DNA from: Pseudomonadota bacterium
Lineage (GTDB): Bacteria > Bdellovibrionota_C > UBA2361 > OMII01
Assembly: GCA_038134595.1 (NCBI GenBank)
Contig: JAYPVM010000005.1
Span: 64,001 to 128,000 of the forward strand
Direction: 5' to 3'
DNA: 64,000 nucleotides
Shown: piece by piece, positions 39,028 through 49,318 of the stretch
Numbering within the stretch: the stretch's first letter is position 1
How the letters are laid out: each line of letters starts with the position of its first letter
Made by a program: the position numbers and the translations under genes
The notes under the pieces: model-generated
What the model was told of the DNA's origin: nothing
Database searches by the model: none
The model's input: only the letters and a program-made list of their open reading frames with translations

Positions 39028-40515
39028 TTAGGTGTCGTGCAAAAGGGAGCTTCGTTTGAAGGTCACTGTAGATTTTCTAACTATCACAGCTAACAGAGCC
39101 ACAAGAACAACGCCTCGAAGCCATCCCGTCAAAAGCACTTGACTATAGGTGGATTCACCTAACCAAAGGACCACATCAGACGCCCACTGATTACATTGTG
39201 CAACCAATGTCAGCAAACCTCCACTACCTGAAACAGGGGCGAGAGAAACAAGCAAACCAATTACACCAGCAGTACAATTCATAATCGACCACGGCCCCGC
39301 GATAACTATATTAACCATCAATCCGAATATAGATATCGTTCCCTGCCAGCTAACAATAACGCATGTTGTCGTCAGCCAAACACACCAATTAACCGACAAA
39401 AATGTCATAACTGTTCGTGAGGGATAGCAGGCCGCTCCTATTCTAATACCCAGAAGAGCTGCAAACGTTAGTATGACTCCTATATCAAAGAGACATAAGG
39501 GCCACACGATAAGCATAACTAACAATGCCGATGAACAACGCTGAAAAAACCCGGTCGGACGACAGTACATCCATCCTAGTCCAGCCGAAACAGCCGCTAG
39601 CAGTGCCCGAATACCGGAAAATTCACTGCCTATGTATAAAACATAAAAGAATGCACAAAATAGGCCCATAACACCGACAGGCATTCGAATAGACCGGGTT
39701 CGTGGTCGCAGCGATGCCATATTAGAGAGAATTGTCACAATGACCGAATAAAGCAACGTTACCTGATATCCCGACACTACGAGCAGATGAGTCAAGCCGA
39801 GTCTCTTAAAGGCCCTCTCGATGCTTGGACTTAAATTGTCTTGATGACCTAACGCCATGGATAAGAACAAGTTGACCCCGCGAGTATCGCCAAATTTTTG
39901 ATACGTATGTCGCCTGACACTCTCCCGTAAAGCACCAAGAGTCGATTGCCCAGCAGGATCTTGTATCGATGAAAATCGAACCCTCATCTCACCAACTACC
40001 CCCTGACGCCACAACCAGCCCTCCCACGAAAATGGATTACGTGGTTTCGTAATAGAAACAACACTTCCCCTAACAATCAAACCATCTCCCCTCTTTACCG
40101 GATAAATCGACCGCCACGGCAGATCTATTGCTCGACACCTAAGCAAATAACCCCCACTTTCTACGTTGGTTCGGAAAAGAAATGTGACCTCGCCCGGCCT
40201 TCTTCGCTGAGGAACACTGGCAACCACCCCCTCAAAGATCACGTCGTTACCATTGGACACCGCCAAACGACCCCCGTCCGTAACAACGGATGCACAGATT
40301 CCCAACAACCCACCTATCAATAGAGCCTGAAAAGAACGCACTCGAATCAAGAGAGTCAGAGCGCCAACTAACCCAATTAGGTAAGGCCAGTCTCGTTGAG
40401 GAGTAAACCACACAGCGATTTCCCCGATGGCCACGGCCAGACATAACGGCAGTGCCGGAATTGTTTGGAGCACAACTACGTAACACCTTAACAGGTAGTA
40501 AAAAAAGCTTTTCAC
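39028..40515 (-). CDS. comEC: ComEC/Rec2 competence membrane protein
   Basis: OB-like domain with PRNPFSWEGWL, then GLTHLLVVSGYQV, SGIRA and LFDIG..LTFAA Competence-domain motifs. Confidence 0.85.
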   Translation of the reverse strand: MKSFFYYLLRCYVVVLQTIPALPLCLAVAIGEIAVWFTPQRDWPYLIGLVGALTLLIRVRSFQALLIGGLLGICASVVTDGGRLAVSNGNDVIFEGVVASVPQRRRPGEVTFLFRTNVESGGYLLRCRAIDLPWRSIYPVKRGDGLIVRGSVVSITKPRNPFSWEGWLWRQGVVGEMRVRFSSIQDPAGQSTLGALRESVRRHTYQKFGDTRGVNLFLSMALGHQDNLSPSIERAFKRLGLTHLLVVSGYQVTLLYSVIVTILSNMASLRPRTRSIRMPVGVMGLFCAFFYVLYIGSEFSGIRALLAAVSAGLGWMYCRPTGFFQRCSSALLVMLIVWPLCLFDIGVILTFAALLGIRIGAACYPSRTVMTFLSVNWCVWLTTTCVIVSWQGTISIFGLMVNIVIAGPWSIMNCTAGVIGLLVSLAPVSGSGGLLTLVAQCNQWASDVVLWLGESTYSQVLLTGWLRGVVLVALLAVIVRKSTVTFKRSSLLHDT

Positions 40516-40642
40516 ATTTGGAGCCTATTGTTAATAAAACCGCGACGAGCCGTTGCGGAGCCGGATCTAACGCCTCCACGATATTAATTGCAGAAAGATC
40601 GTTAACTGTTCTTATCGTGGCAATAGATGATAAGTTGTGTAT

Positions 40643-42484
40643 TTAGTACTTGAAAACTTGCTGGACAGACAAAACACGCCTATCGTGTGTGCTTCCTGGC
40701 CACGCTTTCGAAGGGCGCCATCCTGTGCTTGTCGAAACTTTGGCGGTTATATATCGCCTATCATCAGGACAAGACAATACAGTTGCATGCGTTCCAACCT
40801 TGAAAAATTCAACCTTAGAAGACTCTTCTCCCGAGCTAACGGTAATTACAAGGGGACCTAAACTGGGTACATACTGCGCTCTCAAGAAGAGTCGTGCCTG
40901 GTTAGATTTAATAGCACTACTAGTCTGCTCGCAGGGAACGTGCACAAATGCATACGGAGCCAACCACCGACTCACCTGCCCTTGCTTTTCATACGCCCAT
41001 CCATAGACACCTAACTCACGAAAATGGGGGATTATTAGGCCCAATACTAGGAATACACCTGCAATCGAGCTGGCTGTTCTCTGCCGCATAAGTCGCTCAG
41101 ACGTTACACAACCGAGAAGAAACCCCGTCGGTACTAGCACCTCAACAAAATCGGTGTGGGGGCCAAAGAAGAGAATTATCGCTAACATCGCAAGCACGAA
41201 ACGACCGAACCAAGAAGCCGAGCTCAATTCAAGACGATATCCTGAGATGAGGATCAAGAAACCCAGCGCAGCAAAGACCCCTCCCTCCGCCAAAATCCCA
41301 AGATAAAAATTATTTGCATTGTCGGTCCATGCACCTAAAGAAGGAAAGGCAAGTCCATACAGTGCCACAAAGTTGGCAAAGCGATCCGCACCAACGCCAA
41401 AAAACCAATGATCTCTGATCACGCTTAGGGCAAGTTGCCAAAAGATCATCCGACTTGAAAACGTTTCATCAACTCGCATCAACGAACCACTCTTCGCAAT
41501 TCTTGAAAGACCCTCTGGTAGCCACGGAATAATTTCCAAAACACTGTCAATATTCAAATAATAATCAATCAACGTAACTATGAATAAAAACAGAAAGAGA
41601 CCGAGGGCCAAAGAAGCCATAGAGCGGATACATTTACGAGTCAAAAGACTGGCCCCCAGACATCCAACGATTAGAAAAAAAGTACGCGAGCCCGTCAGAA
41701 ATCCCCCCATACAGACGCAGACAATCTGCGCTCCTAAAAAACAGCTTCTTCCTAAGCTAAACGCGTCATGCGTTCGCTTGTGCAGTATGTTTATCCACAG
41801 TGCCAAACCCAAGACCACCCCTTGAGCGTTTGGATCGCTTGCCAATCCACTGAAACGCCGGAGTGAATTCCAGAGCATACTTTGATTAGACACGACATTA
41901 AGTCCGCCTCCGGTGGCTTGAAAAACTATGTAAATACTGGAGATAACCGCACCAGACCAAAACCCCTTGCAGAATCCTGCCAATCGATCATCCTTTACTT
42001 GAAAACACTTCACTACCAGGGAAAAAACTCCAAGCCGAAACATCCATTGCCACGAATGTCCAAACACATCGAAAAACGAACGGATCAAATCACTTCGCAT
42101 ATATGAGTGCATCAAAACTTGTGGATGAAACATGTGAGAGACCTCGCTGTCCAATCCCAAACCGATAAGCACTTCAGATACGAGCACACCGCACCCAAAG
42201 AGAAACAGCGGTCTACAGGGGAGGCTTCCGCTGGGGGGTCCTGTGCCAGAAAGAAAAACAATCGAAGAAAGCGAGGTAACAAGCAATACTTCTGAGCCAA
42301 GCCATCCACACATGCCGACTAACGCACCCCAACTTAGTGCTAGTGTGAAAACTTGACGTTCACGCGGCAAAAATACGCGGCAGAGCAAGAGAAATAAAAT
42401 CCATCCACCACAAAATAAAACTACTTGAGTTCCGGCAGAGATAACTGTCAAAGCCCCCAGTATAGCTAGTACTCCATACTCCAC
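40643..42484 (-). CDS. O-antigen ligase (Wzy_C) family membrane protein
   Basis: RFSGLASDPNA, LTGSRT, R..FW..A......FFGVG...F, NNFYLGILAEGG; GAGGAG RBS before GTG. Confidence 0.8.
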   Translation of the reverse strand: MEYGVLAILGALTVISAGTQVVLFCGGWILFLLLCRVFLPRERQVFTLALSWGALVGMCGWLGSEVLLVTSLSSIVFLSGTGPPSGSLPCRPLFLFGCGVLVSEVLIGLGLDSEVSHMFHPQVLMHSYMRSDLIRSFFDVFGHSWQWMFRLGVFSLVVKCFQVKDDRLAGFCKGFWSGAVISSIYIVFQATGGGLNVVSNQSMLWNSLRRFSGLASDPNAQGVVLGLALWINILHKRTHDAFSLGRSCFLGAQIVCVCMGGFLTGSRTFFLIVGCLGASLLTRKCIRSMASLALGLFLFLFIVTLIDYYLNIDSVLEIIPWLPEGLSRIAKSGSLMRVDETFSSRMIFWQLALSVIRDHWFFGVGADRFANFVALYGLAFPSLGAWTDNANNFYLGILAEGGVFAALGFLILISGYRLELSSASWFGRFVLAMLAIILFFGPHTDFVEVLVPTGFLLGCVTSERLMRQRTASSIAGVFLVLGLIIPHFRELGVYGWAYEKQGQVSRWLAPYAFVHVPCEQTSSAIKSNQARLFLRAQYVPSLGPLVITVSSGEESSKVEFFKVGTHATVLSCPDDRRYITAKVSTSTGWRPSKAWPGSTHDRRVLSVQQVFKY

Positions 42485-42555
42485 ACAAAACTCTCCTCTT
42501 TTCGTAGAACAAAGAACGGCCAACATCAATACAACTCTTCCCGCTCCTTGAAGGA

Positions 42556-43545
42556 TTACATATTTTTAGATTTAACGTGCCCCTTTCGAACTCGGTTATT
42601 TTTGCGCAATTCCTTTCGCTTGCCGCCATTGTTTTTCTCGGCCTTAGTGTGCCCCAGCACATTTCTAACCGCTCGACCTTCTTTATTGGGGTTCGTTACG
42701 TTTGGCTCCTTTTCGTCGCCTTCTTGTCGTATCAAGCGTCTATACGGACTCTGATCTACAAATGGATCGGCCCATAACTGCACCTTATCGGCCAAATACT
42801 TAGGGGGCCTGCCATTCTGGAGTATAGAAGCCCTAAAATGATTCTCTATCTCTGGAAATAACGAGGATCCCTGTAACACGCCAAATGTGCGGATGCTTCC
42901 ATTGATAGACTTCCCTCCGATAGAACCAACAGAAATCGTATAAGAATTTGAGATAAGCTCTGAATTAAGTATCTTCTGAGCTCCTAAGAACACCGGGGTA
43001 TTCCCCTCATCGTCCACGAGGTAAACAGATACAATATTCGACTCCAACCGACATACGATGAGCGTATACCAAACTCCGACAGTAAATTCATGATCAGAGA
43101 ACACCATCCAACGGCCACCTCTCGCAGGATTTCCGTTTGATACCAGGGGACGAATACCGGTGAACGTCTTCTCGATTGCTATAGAGGTGTCGCTCCTGCG
43201 ACCATTTTTTGATTTATTCCTACTTAAAAGGATAAGCCTTTCCCCATGTTCGGGAAGCTCTTTCAACGAAAATGATAGGAATACAACCTGTTCTTCACCA
43301 TCCGAGGCACGCGTATCCTCGAACTGACTGACATAAAGAACAGTTCTCTCTCCTGATAAAATTAAAGGCCCTTGATGTTCATCTCGCGGCTCCACTCCCT
43401 CCCGAAGAACCGATGACACGACTACATCGTCTTTCAATGGAGAGCCAACCTTAAAACCAAAGAACAGCGCTCCGATGGCGACTAAAAACAGTCCACATGC
43501 TAGGAAAATATGAAGTCGATAACGTTGCACTAAAACTACTTTCAC
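42556..43545 (-). CDS. Membrane-anchored hypothetical protein, possible LamG/ConA-like domain
   Basis: N-terminal TM; beta-rich GVWYTLIV...VSVYLVD...SVGS...INGSI pattern; basic tail. Confidence 0.55.
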   Translation of the reverse strand: MKVVLVQRYRLHIFLACGLFLVAIGALFFGFKVGSPLKDDVVVSSVLREGVEPRDEHQGPLILSGERTVLYVSQFEDTRASDGEEQVVFLSFSLKELPEHGERLILLSRNKSKNGRRSDTSIAIEKTFTGIRPLVSNGNPARGGRWMVFSDHEFTVGVWYTLIVCRLESNIVSVYLVDDEGNTPVFLGAQKILNSELISNSYTISVGSIGGKSINGSIRTFGVLQGSSLFPEIENHFRASILQNGRPPKYLADKVQLWADPFVDQSPYRRLIRQEGDEKEPNVTNPNKEGRAVRNVLGHTKAEKNNGGKRKELRKNNRVRKGHVKSKNM

Positions 43546-43814
43546 CCAATACTGTCAGAGCCACTAACAGAACATACCGCTAGACACCCCTATCAGAAAA
43601 CCGGGGCCGAAAAATTCTTACACGGATGGAATCATACCCGACACGATACAATCAGAAAAGCATACGGTAACGCTATGAGTGACGAAACACCCTAAAGCCC
43701 CTAAACGGTTAACTACAAGCGCCCGTCAGTTACAGAAAAAACGAGATGCAACGACTGTGACGTACCCGATCCAACCGATATCAAGACACGGCGATACGTC
43801 CTTCGAGCTGTTCT

Positions 43815-44363
43815 CTATTCCTCAGAGATATCAGCAGCCTCATCTAAATCCTCGGAAGGAGTGGGCGCAGGCTGCGTAGTATTATCAGCCTTAGCATCGG
43901 TAGCACTGCCTGCAGCAGCCTTTGTGCCTACGATTTTCACTTGAACCGACACGCTGACCTCAGAATGAAGCTTTATCTCTACATCGTAAGAGCCCGCAGA
44001 GCGAAGCGGATCGGCCAACTTTATTTGGCGCCTATCCACGTCATATCCTAAATCCTTCAAGCCTGCCTCGATATCCTTGCCAGTTATCGCACCAAAACTC
44101 TTGCCCTGGGCACCAACTTTTAGTGTTAGTTCAACAGAAACCTGACTGAGAACTCTCCCAAATTCTTCCGCTTCAGTCTTTTTCTTTATCCGCTTGGCGA
44201 TGATCGCTGACAGCTTATGCTTTAATTGGCGTTCGTTACCGCTCGAAGCCTCCACAGCAATTCCCCTCGGAATCAAATAATTGCGAGCAAATCCCCGACG
44301 CACCTTAACGGTGTCACCTACATACCCAAGTGTTAAAAAATCTTCTCTAAGTATAACTTCCAT
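43815..44363 (-). CDS. rplI: 50S ribosomal protein L9
   Basis: MEVILRED...LG..GD.VKVRRGFARNYLIPRG, FGAIT, IKLHSEV. Confidence 0.97.
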   Translation of the reverse strand: MEVILREDFLTLGYVGDTVKVRRGFARNYLIPRGIAVEASSGNERQLKHKLSAIIAKRIKKKTEAEEFGRVLSQVSVELTLKVGAQGKSFGAITGKDIEAGLKDLGYDVDRRQIKLADPLRSAGSYDVEIKLHSEVSVSVQVKIVGTKAAAGSATDAKADNTTQPAPTPSEDLDEAADISEE

Positions 44364-44430
44364 TGCTATCCTCGCCTGAATCTATCTCAATGACCCTAAA
44401 AAATGGGGCCTCTATATTCTCACTAAAAAT

Positions 44431-44799
44431 CTACTCTTCGTCGTCGCTGTCATCATAAAACGACCGGCCAGCCGATTGAGGATTCCCCTTAAACTTTCGC
44501 GCCTTAGTTTTGATTATGTGAGTCTGAAACTTGTGAACTGAATCAGTGATTCTAAGAGCTGAGTGCAACTCATTAGCAGCTTCGTAATTGGCGGTTTCGT
44601 AATTGAAGGTCACAAAGTATCCAAACCGCTGCTTGTTAAACTCAAAGGCTAACTCTTTTTTGCCAGCCGCATCAACACCCGAGATAGTAGCTTGGCTCTT
44701 CTGCAATAAACCCTCTACTTTTTTTATCTCTTCTTTGAGTTGCACCTCGCTTAACCGCGGGTTAAAAATTACAACCGACTCGTAACGGCGAACTTCCAT
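44431..44799 (-). CDS. rpsF: 30S ribosomal protein S6
   Basis: RRYESVVIFNP, GKKELAFEFNKQRFGYF, LRITDSV.KF and an acidic tail. Confidence 0.93.
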   Translation of the reverse strand: MEVRRYESVVIFNPRLSEVQLKEEIKKVEGLLQKSQATISGVDAAGKKELAFEFNKQRFGYFVTFNYETANYEAANELHSALRITDSVHKFQTHIIKTKARKFKGNPQSAGRSFYDDSDDEE

Positions 44800-45122
44800 T
44801 GGACACCTATATATTTAAAACTCTAACTTTATCGCAATCTAATCCGAAGACTCCTTAAACGTAAATACGCTTCTTGGTTCGCGCACTCAAGCTATTAGCT
44901 ATCGAGCATTTACCTGCCCTGATGAACTCTCCAAAGCGCTTTTACGTTAGTGGCTCGATTTCTTAAACACGTTCACGCGATAATCACACAGACAAACGCC
45001 ACCCAGCCAAACAGAGCCGCAAGAGTGTATCAAATCGAGCCAGAAAAACAACTCCTACACCTAATTAAATAGCACTCACGGCGGAACCAATAAAACAGTT
45101 TAATATCAACACATTAGAGTGT

Positions 45123-45806
45123 CTAACAATTATACCGATTCTGGGAATGCGAAACGCCTTTTCGCACGATACCTATCGAGGCAAGGGCTGCAACACCCAC
45201 AGATTTCACAACATGAGACTCTTCATCCCTCGAGAATCTACTTAAAACCCACCGTGCGATACCATCCTCTCCCTGAAATGCGGGAATGTCACCGTCAGGC
45301 TTTCCAACCCCCACGCGAATACGGATATAATCCCTTCCTCCACACATCTGCGAAATGGACCTTAAACCATTGTGACCGCCTTCGCCCCCACCTTTCTTGA
45401 TACGAACCGCCCCGAGCGGTAGGTCTATCTCATCGTGTATGACAACGAGACGATCAAGGCCAATCTTACGAAAACGAAGCAGGTCAGCAACAGGCTCACC
45501 ACTTCGATTCATGAACGTCATTGGCTTTACCAACAGGATTTCACAGGAATCGACTACAACCTTCGACAGTGAACAATCACCCTTCGGAACAAAACCAACC
45601 CCCACCTTCTGACCAGCAACCACCTGAGCACTGATAGCTTTAGCCGACTCAGTTAATTCAACTTCACGGACGGTAGCAATTTCGCTCAATACATCAACAA
45701 CTGTGAAGCCGATATTATGCCGGGTTCCGGCGTACTTCTCGCCAGGATTGCCAAGCCCTACGACAACGTATCCTTGCCCTTTTGAATTGAGCCCAGTGAA
45801 AGCCAA
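45123..45806 (-). CDS. pth: Peptidyl-tRNA hydrolase
   Basis: VGLGNPG.KY.GTRHNIGF, KPMTFMNRSG, HDEIDL, GGHNGLRSI. Confidence 0.96.
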   Translation of the reverse strand: MAFTGLNSKGQGYVVVGLGNPGEKYAGTRHNIGFTVVDVLSEIATVREVELTESAKAISAQVVAGQKVGVGFVPKGDCSLSKVVVDSCEILLVKPMTFMNRSGEPVADLLRFRKIGLDRLVVIHDEIDLPLGAVRIKKGGGEGGHNGLRSISQMCGGRDYIRIRVGVGKPDGDIPAFQGEDGIARWVLSRFSRDEESHVVKSVGVAALASIGIVRKGVSHSQNRYNC

Positions 45807-45921
45807 CGTAAATCCTACCTTTCAATAGAGTAAAAGAAAGACCCGTGCACACACTATTCAGCGAGCGTCGCCTGGAGAAAATACCATTCGGGCATCTATC
45901 CCCGGCAAAAACTTCCGCGAC

Positions 45922-46560
45922 CTAATCTGCCTTAGCAGCCGCATCACTCGCACCCGAGTCGGCTGACTCTTCGGCAGCTGAAGCCTTAGCGACAGCACCT
46001 CTTGAGCCTACCACACTCACAATCGTCTCTTCAGGATCGTCACGGAGCGTCACGCCAGCGTTAAACTTGAGATCTCGTGCATGAATCGAATCTCCGAGCG
46101 CCAACCCCGAAATATCCACCTCGCAAAGCGTTGGAATATCTTTCGGCAAGCAAGTAACACTTACCTTATGGGTTACGAAGGTTAAAATTCCACCCTCAGC
46201 CTTAACCCCAGGGGCCTCTCCGACTAGCTTTACAGGAACATCAACTTGAATCTCCTCACCAGCTTTTAGTGTAACAAAATCAACGTGTAGCACTGTACCT
46301 TTGACATGGTCTCGCTGAATATCTTTTACCAAGGCAAGTTTTCCATCTAAGTCTTTGGCATCACTTTTAAAGGTAAAGACTTGGGTCAAGCGAGCTTTTT
46401 GAGCCATCGTAACAAAGTCTTTCTGCGGCACAGTCACCGCAATTGAGTCTGTACCCCGGTGATATGCAACACCTGGAATAAAGCCGTTTCGTCTCAAACG
46501 ACTACACTCACTCTTGCCTGTATCCTGTCTCTGACTTATCTCAATTGTAAAATTTTCCAC
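45922..46560 (-). CDS. rplY: 50S ribosomal protein L25/Ctc
   Basis: RLRRNG.IPGV.Y, VKDIQRD, LHVDF, GEAPGVK..GG, P..IP...EVDIS.L.LGDSI. Confidence 0.95.
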   Translation of the reverse strand: MENFTIEISQRQDTGKSECSRLRRNGFIPGVAYHRGTDSIAVTVPQKDFVTMAQKARLTQVFTFKSDAKDLDGKLALVKDIQRDHVKGTVLHVDFVTLKAGEEIQVDVPVKLVGEAPGVKAEGGILTFVTHKVSVTCLPKDIPTLCEVDISGLALGDSIHARDLKFNAGVTLRDDPEETIVSVVGSRGAVAKASAAEESADSGASDAAAKAD

Positions 46561-46699
46561 GACTTCGGTCCTTTGAAAAAAAATAGTGCGGGATACAATA
46601 ACAAATTGCACTTCTTAGGTAAAGAGAGCGAGCCTTAAGACGAATGATATCAAAGAATCCCAATTCCATTAACTAAACGAACAGACCTAGCAGCTCCAA

Positions 46700-47644
46700 C
46701 TATCTGAAAAGACTGCTAATAGAGTCGTCGCTATGAATTCGTCGTATCGCTTCTGCAATCAGTGGGGCAACGGAGATGACGGAAAATTTATCTCCTTCTC
46801 CACCTTGAGTCTGTTTAATGGTGTCCGAAATTATTACCTCTTCTAGAACGCTCTCATTTAACGCCTGCCTGGCATTGCCCGATAAAACTGCATGCACACA
46901 GCACGCGACAACCTTTGCTGCGCCTTTTTCCATCAAAGTGTCAGCTGCCTTTATCAGCGTCCCACCCGTATCCACCATATCATCTACGATAACGCACGTC
47001 TGACCACTGACATCTCCGACAACGTTCATTGACGCAACTCTATTCGGTCCTGCTCGGCGCTTGTCGATAATAGCTATAGGAGCATTATCAAGTCGTGTTG
47101 CGACGTATCTGGCTCGCTCAACACCTCCGACATCAGGAGCCACAATCGTCACATTCTTGGTCCCAAACCGCTCGCGAATATGCGGAATCATTATAGGCAG
47201 GGCATATAAATTATCCACCGGTACGTTAAAGAACCCCATTATCTGACCCGCATGAAGATCTACCGTTAAGACTCGATCCGCTCCAGCTGTCGACACCATA
47301 TCCGCGACTAACTTAGCCGTAATAGGCACCCGAGGCTTAACCTTCCTATCCTGTCTCGCATATCCATAATAAAGAATCGTCGCGGTAATTCGCCCTGCTG
47401 AAGAACGCTTGAGCGCATCAATAATGATAAGCAACTCCATTAACCTGTCATTACAGGGATACGACATGCTTTGAATTACAAAAACATCACCTCCCCGAAC
47501 ATTATCACCGATCTCAACGGAGAGCTCTCCGTCGCTAAAGTGGGTGATCTCAATATTGCCCGGGGCAATTGACAACTCATCACACACACTTTTAAAAAAA
47601 TCCGGGTGAGAGCTCCCAGAGAAAACAAGAAGAGGGCGACTCAC
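46700..47644 (-). CDS. prs: Ribose-phosphate pyrophosphokinase
   Basis: FSDGE, YYGYARQDRK, DLHAGQI, PDVGGVERA, VDDMVDTGGT. Confidence 0.97.
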   Translation of the reverse strand: MSRPLLVFSGSSHPDFFKSVCDELSIAPGNIEITHFSDGELSVEIGDNVRGGDVFVIQSMSYPCNDRLMELLIIIDALKRSSAGRITATILYYGYARQDRKVKPRVPITAKLVADMVSTAGADRVLTVDLHAGQIMGFFNVPVDNLYALPIMIPHIRERFGTKNVTIVAPDVGGVERARYVATRLDNAPIAIIDKRRAGPNRVASMNVVGDVSGQTCVIVDDMVDTGGTLIKAADTLMEKGAAKVVACCVHAVLSGNARQALNESVLEEVIISDTIKQTQGGEGDKFSVISVAPLIAEAIRRIHSDDSISSLFR

Positions 47645-48179
47645 GATATCTCCTATTTACTATACCAGGCCTTAAGAATGCTCAAACCATACTGAACCAA
47701 ACGGCCAGTTTCAACATTAAATCAGCACCCAACGAAACTTACTAGAGATCTAATTGCGATTCGAATTACGCTCGCCACAGTTAGCCCAGCCTAAACCCAC
47801 TCTATGCAGCGCGGCACAAAAACAATCCGACACAGCCCAAAAACCCACTCGCCAAGCCCTTCAAGCCCCCTCGACGCGCTAAAAAATCTGGTCGAACTAA
47901 GAGTCGAGTCTGCGTTTTAATTGATTGGAGAAAAAGACCCTAAGGATGCAAAGTCTAACGAAGGCTCGGAAAAGAGCCACGTGCCACTCACAGAGCCTAA
48001 TACACAGAGCCTAATGGGGGATGTGGAAAAACAGGGTAAAAGCGGGTAAAAGGGCACCAACAGAAGCAACAAAAACAGAACCAAGAAAGGGATATACGAT
48101 AAAGAGCGGAGCTATCCTTGAGAGTACATCGTGACTAACAAAGTCCCGAATAGCAAAACCTTTCGTTATTGGGTTGTCT

Positions 48180-48254
48180 TGGTTGCCCGGGCAGGGGTCG
48201 AACCTGCGCATGGCGGAATCAAAATCCGCTGCCTTACCACTTGGCTACCGGGCA
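48180..48254 (-). tRNA. tRNA-Gln(TTG)
   Basis: Reverse complement TGCCCGGTAGCCAAGTGGTAAGGCA-GCGGA-TTTTGAT-TCCGC...GGTTCGACCC...CCGGGCAACCA; sits between ispE and prs. Confidence 0.97.
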
Positions 48255-48313
48255 CCAAACCCTATTAGAGGTAAAACACTTAGAGGATTTTAGCAAGGCA
48301 TGAGCGACCAAAT

Positions 48314-49294
48314 TTAGAGAAGTTTCACCCTATGCACGCTAACTCCCAGACTCAAGGCAGACTTTTGATACCGACTCACCTGCTCCTGGGCTCCCTTGTC
48401 TACCAAGGAAAACATTGCCGAACCAGAGCCAGTAAGCGATGTGAGAGGAAAAAAACTTCGGGCATTATCTAAAACATCACCCAGAAGTGGTCTAAATTGT
48501 CGTATATAGGGTTCAAAATCATTACAAAGCAACGTTTCAATAGGACACGCCGCTCCACCGGCTAGTGCATCCATCACCTCGTCACGCCCAACTTCTCCCA
48601 CTTCAACAGATCGGTTCTGCCTATAGAAATCATAAAACGCTGCGGTAGGAACCGTCTCACGAGGAACTGAGATAAGGATATCCATATCTGCCAAATCCGG
48701 ATAGTTCACCACCTGCACAACCTCACCTACACCTTGAACCCAACACAATCCCTTTTTTAAGGCATAGGGAACGTCAGCACCCAAGGTGACCGACTCTCTA
48801 GCGATTGTAGACCGCAGGCTATTGCTCGAATCACCCGCCGATCTGTCAGACACGTCCCCTATTTTTTCTAATAAAAAATTCAGTACTGCCGCAGCATCAC
48901 TACTACCTCCACCTAGACCGCCGCCCGTTGGAATCCCCTTAGTGATCTCAGCCTGCAATCCAAATGGAGCTGTGCTATATCCACACGCCTGCCAAAACAA
49001 AGAGTACGCCTGAGTCACTAGATTATCGGAGCTAGAAATCTCCTCATCGATAGCGCCGCGGCACTGGACTTGACACGAACAATCAGAGACGAATGTCACT
49101 TTTATTTCGTCAAAAAGTGACACACTACCATTGAGCATACTCAGAACATGGTATCCATCATCCCTGCGCCCAAGAACCTTAAGCCTTAAATTTACCTTTG
49201 CAGGAGCCTGAATGCGCCACAGCCGAGACGATAGCCTCGAATACGCTTCTTCTACGAGATCTGGCACGTTGTCTCCGTATTCAAGCGCTAACAC
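48314..49294 (-). CDS. ispE: 4-diphosphocytidyl-2-C-methyl-D-erythritol kinase
   Basis: APAKVNLRL, DDGYH, KGIPTGGGLGGGSSDAA, LGADVP, NDFE, LTGSGS. Confidence 0.95.
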   Translation of the reverse strand: MLALEYGDNVPDLVEEAYSRLSSRLWRIQAPAKVNLRLKVLGRRDDGYHVLSMLNGSVSLFDEIKVTFVSDCSCQVQCRGAIDEEISSSDNLVTQAYSLFWQACGYSTAPFGLQAEITKGIPTGGGLGGGSSDAAAVLNFLLEKIGDVSDRSAGDSSNSLRSTIARESVTLGADVPYALKKGLCWVQGVGEVVQVVNYPDLADMDILISVPRETVPTAAFYDFYRQNRSVEVGEVGRDEVMDALAGGAACPIETLLCNDFEPYIRQFRPLLGDVLDNARSFFPLTSLTGSGSAMFSLVDKGAQEQVSRYQKSALSLGVSVHRVKLL

Positions 49295-49318
49295 AAATGA
49301 ATCGACAGTTAAAGTATA

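Noticed and set aside
48011..48211. 66-aa hydrophobic ORF downstream of tRNA-Gln
   Set aside because: It starts inside the tRNA, has no RBS, and does not resemble SpoVG, which some lineages have at this position.
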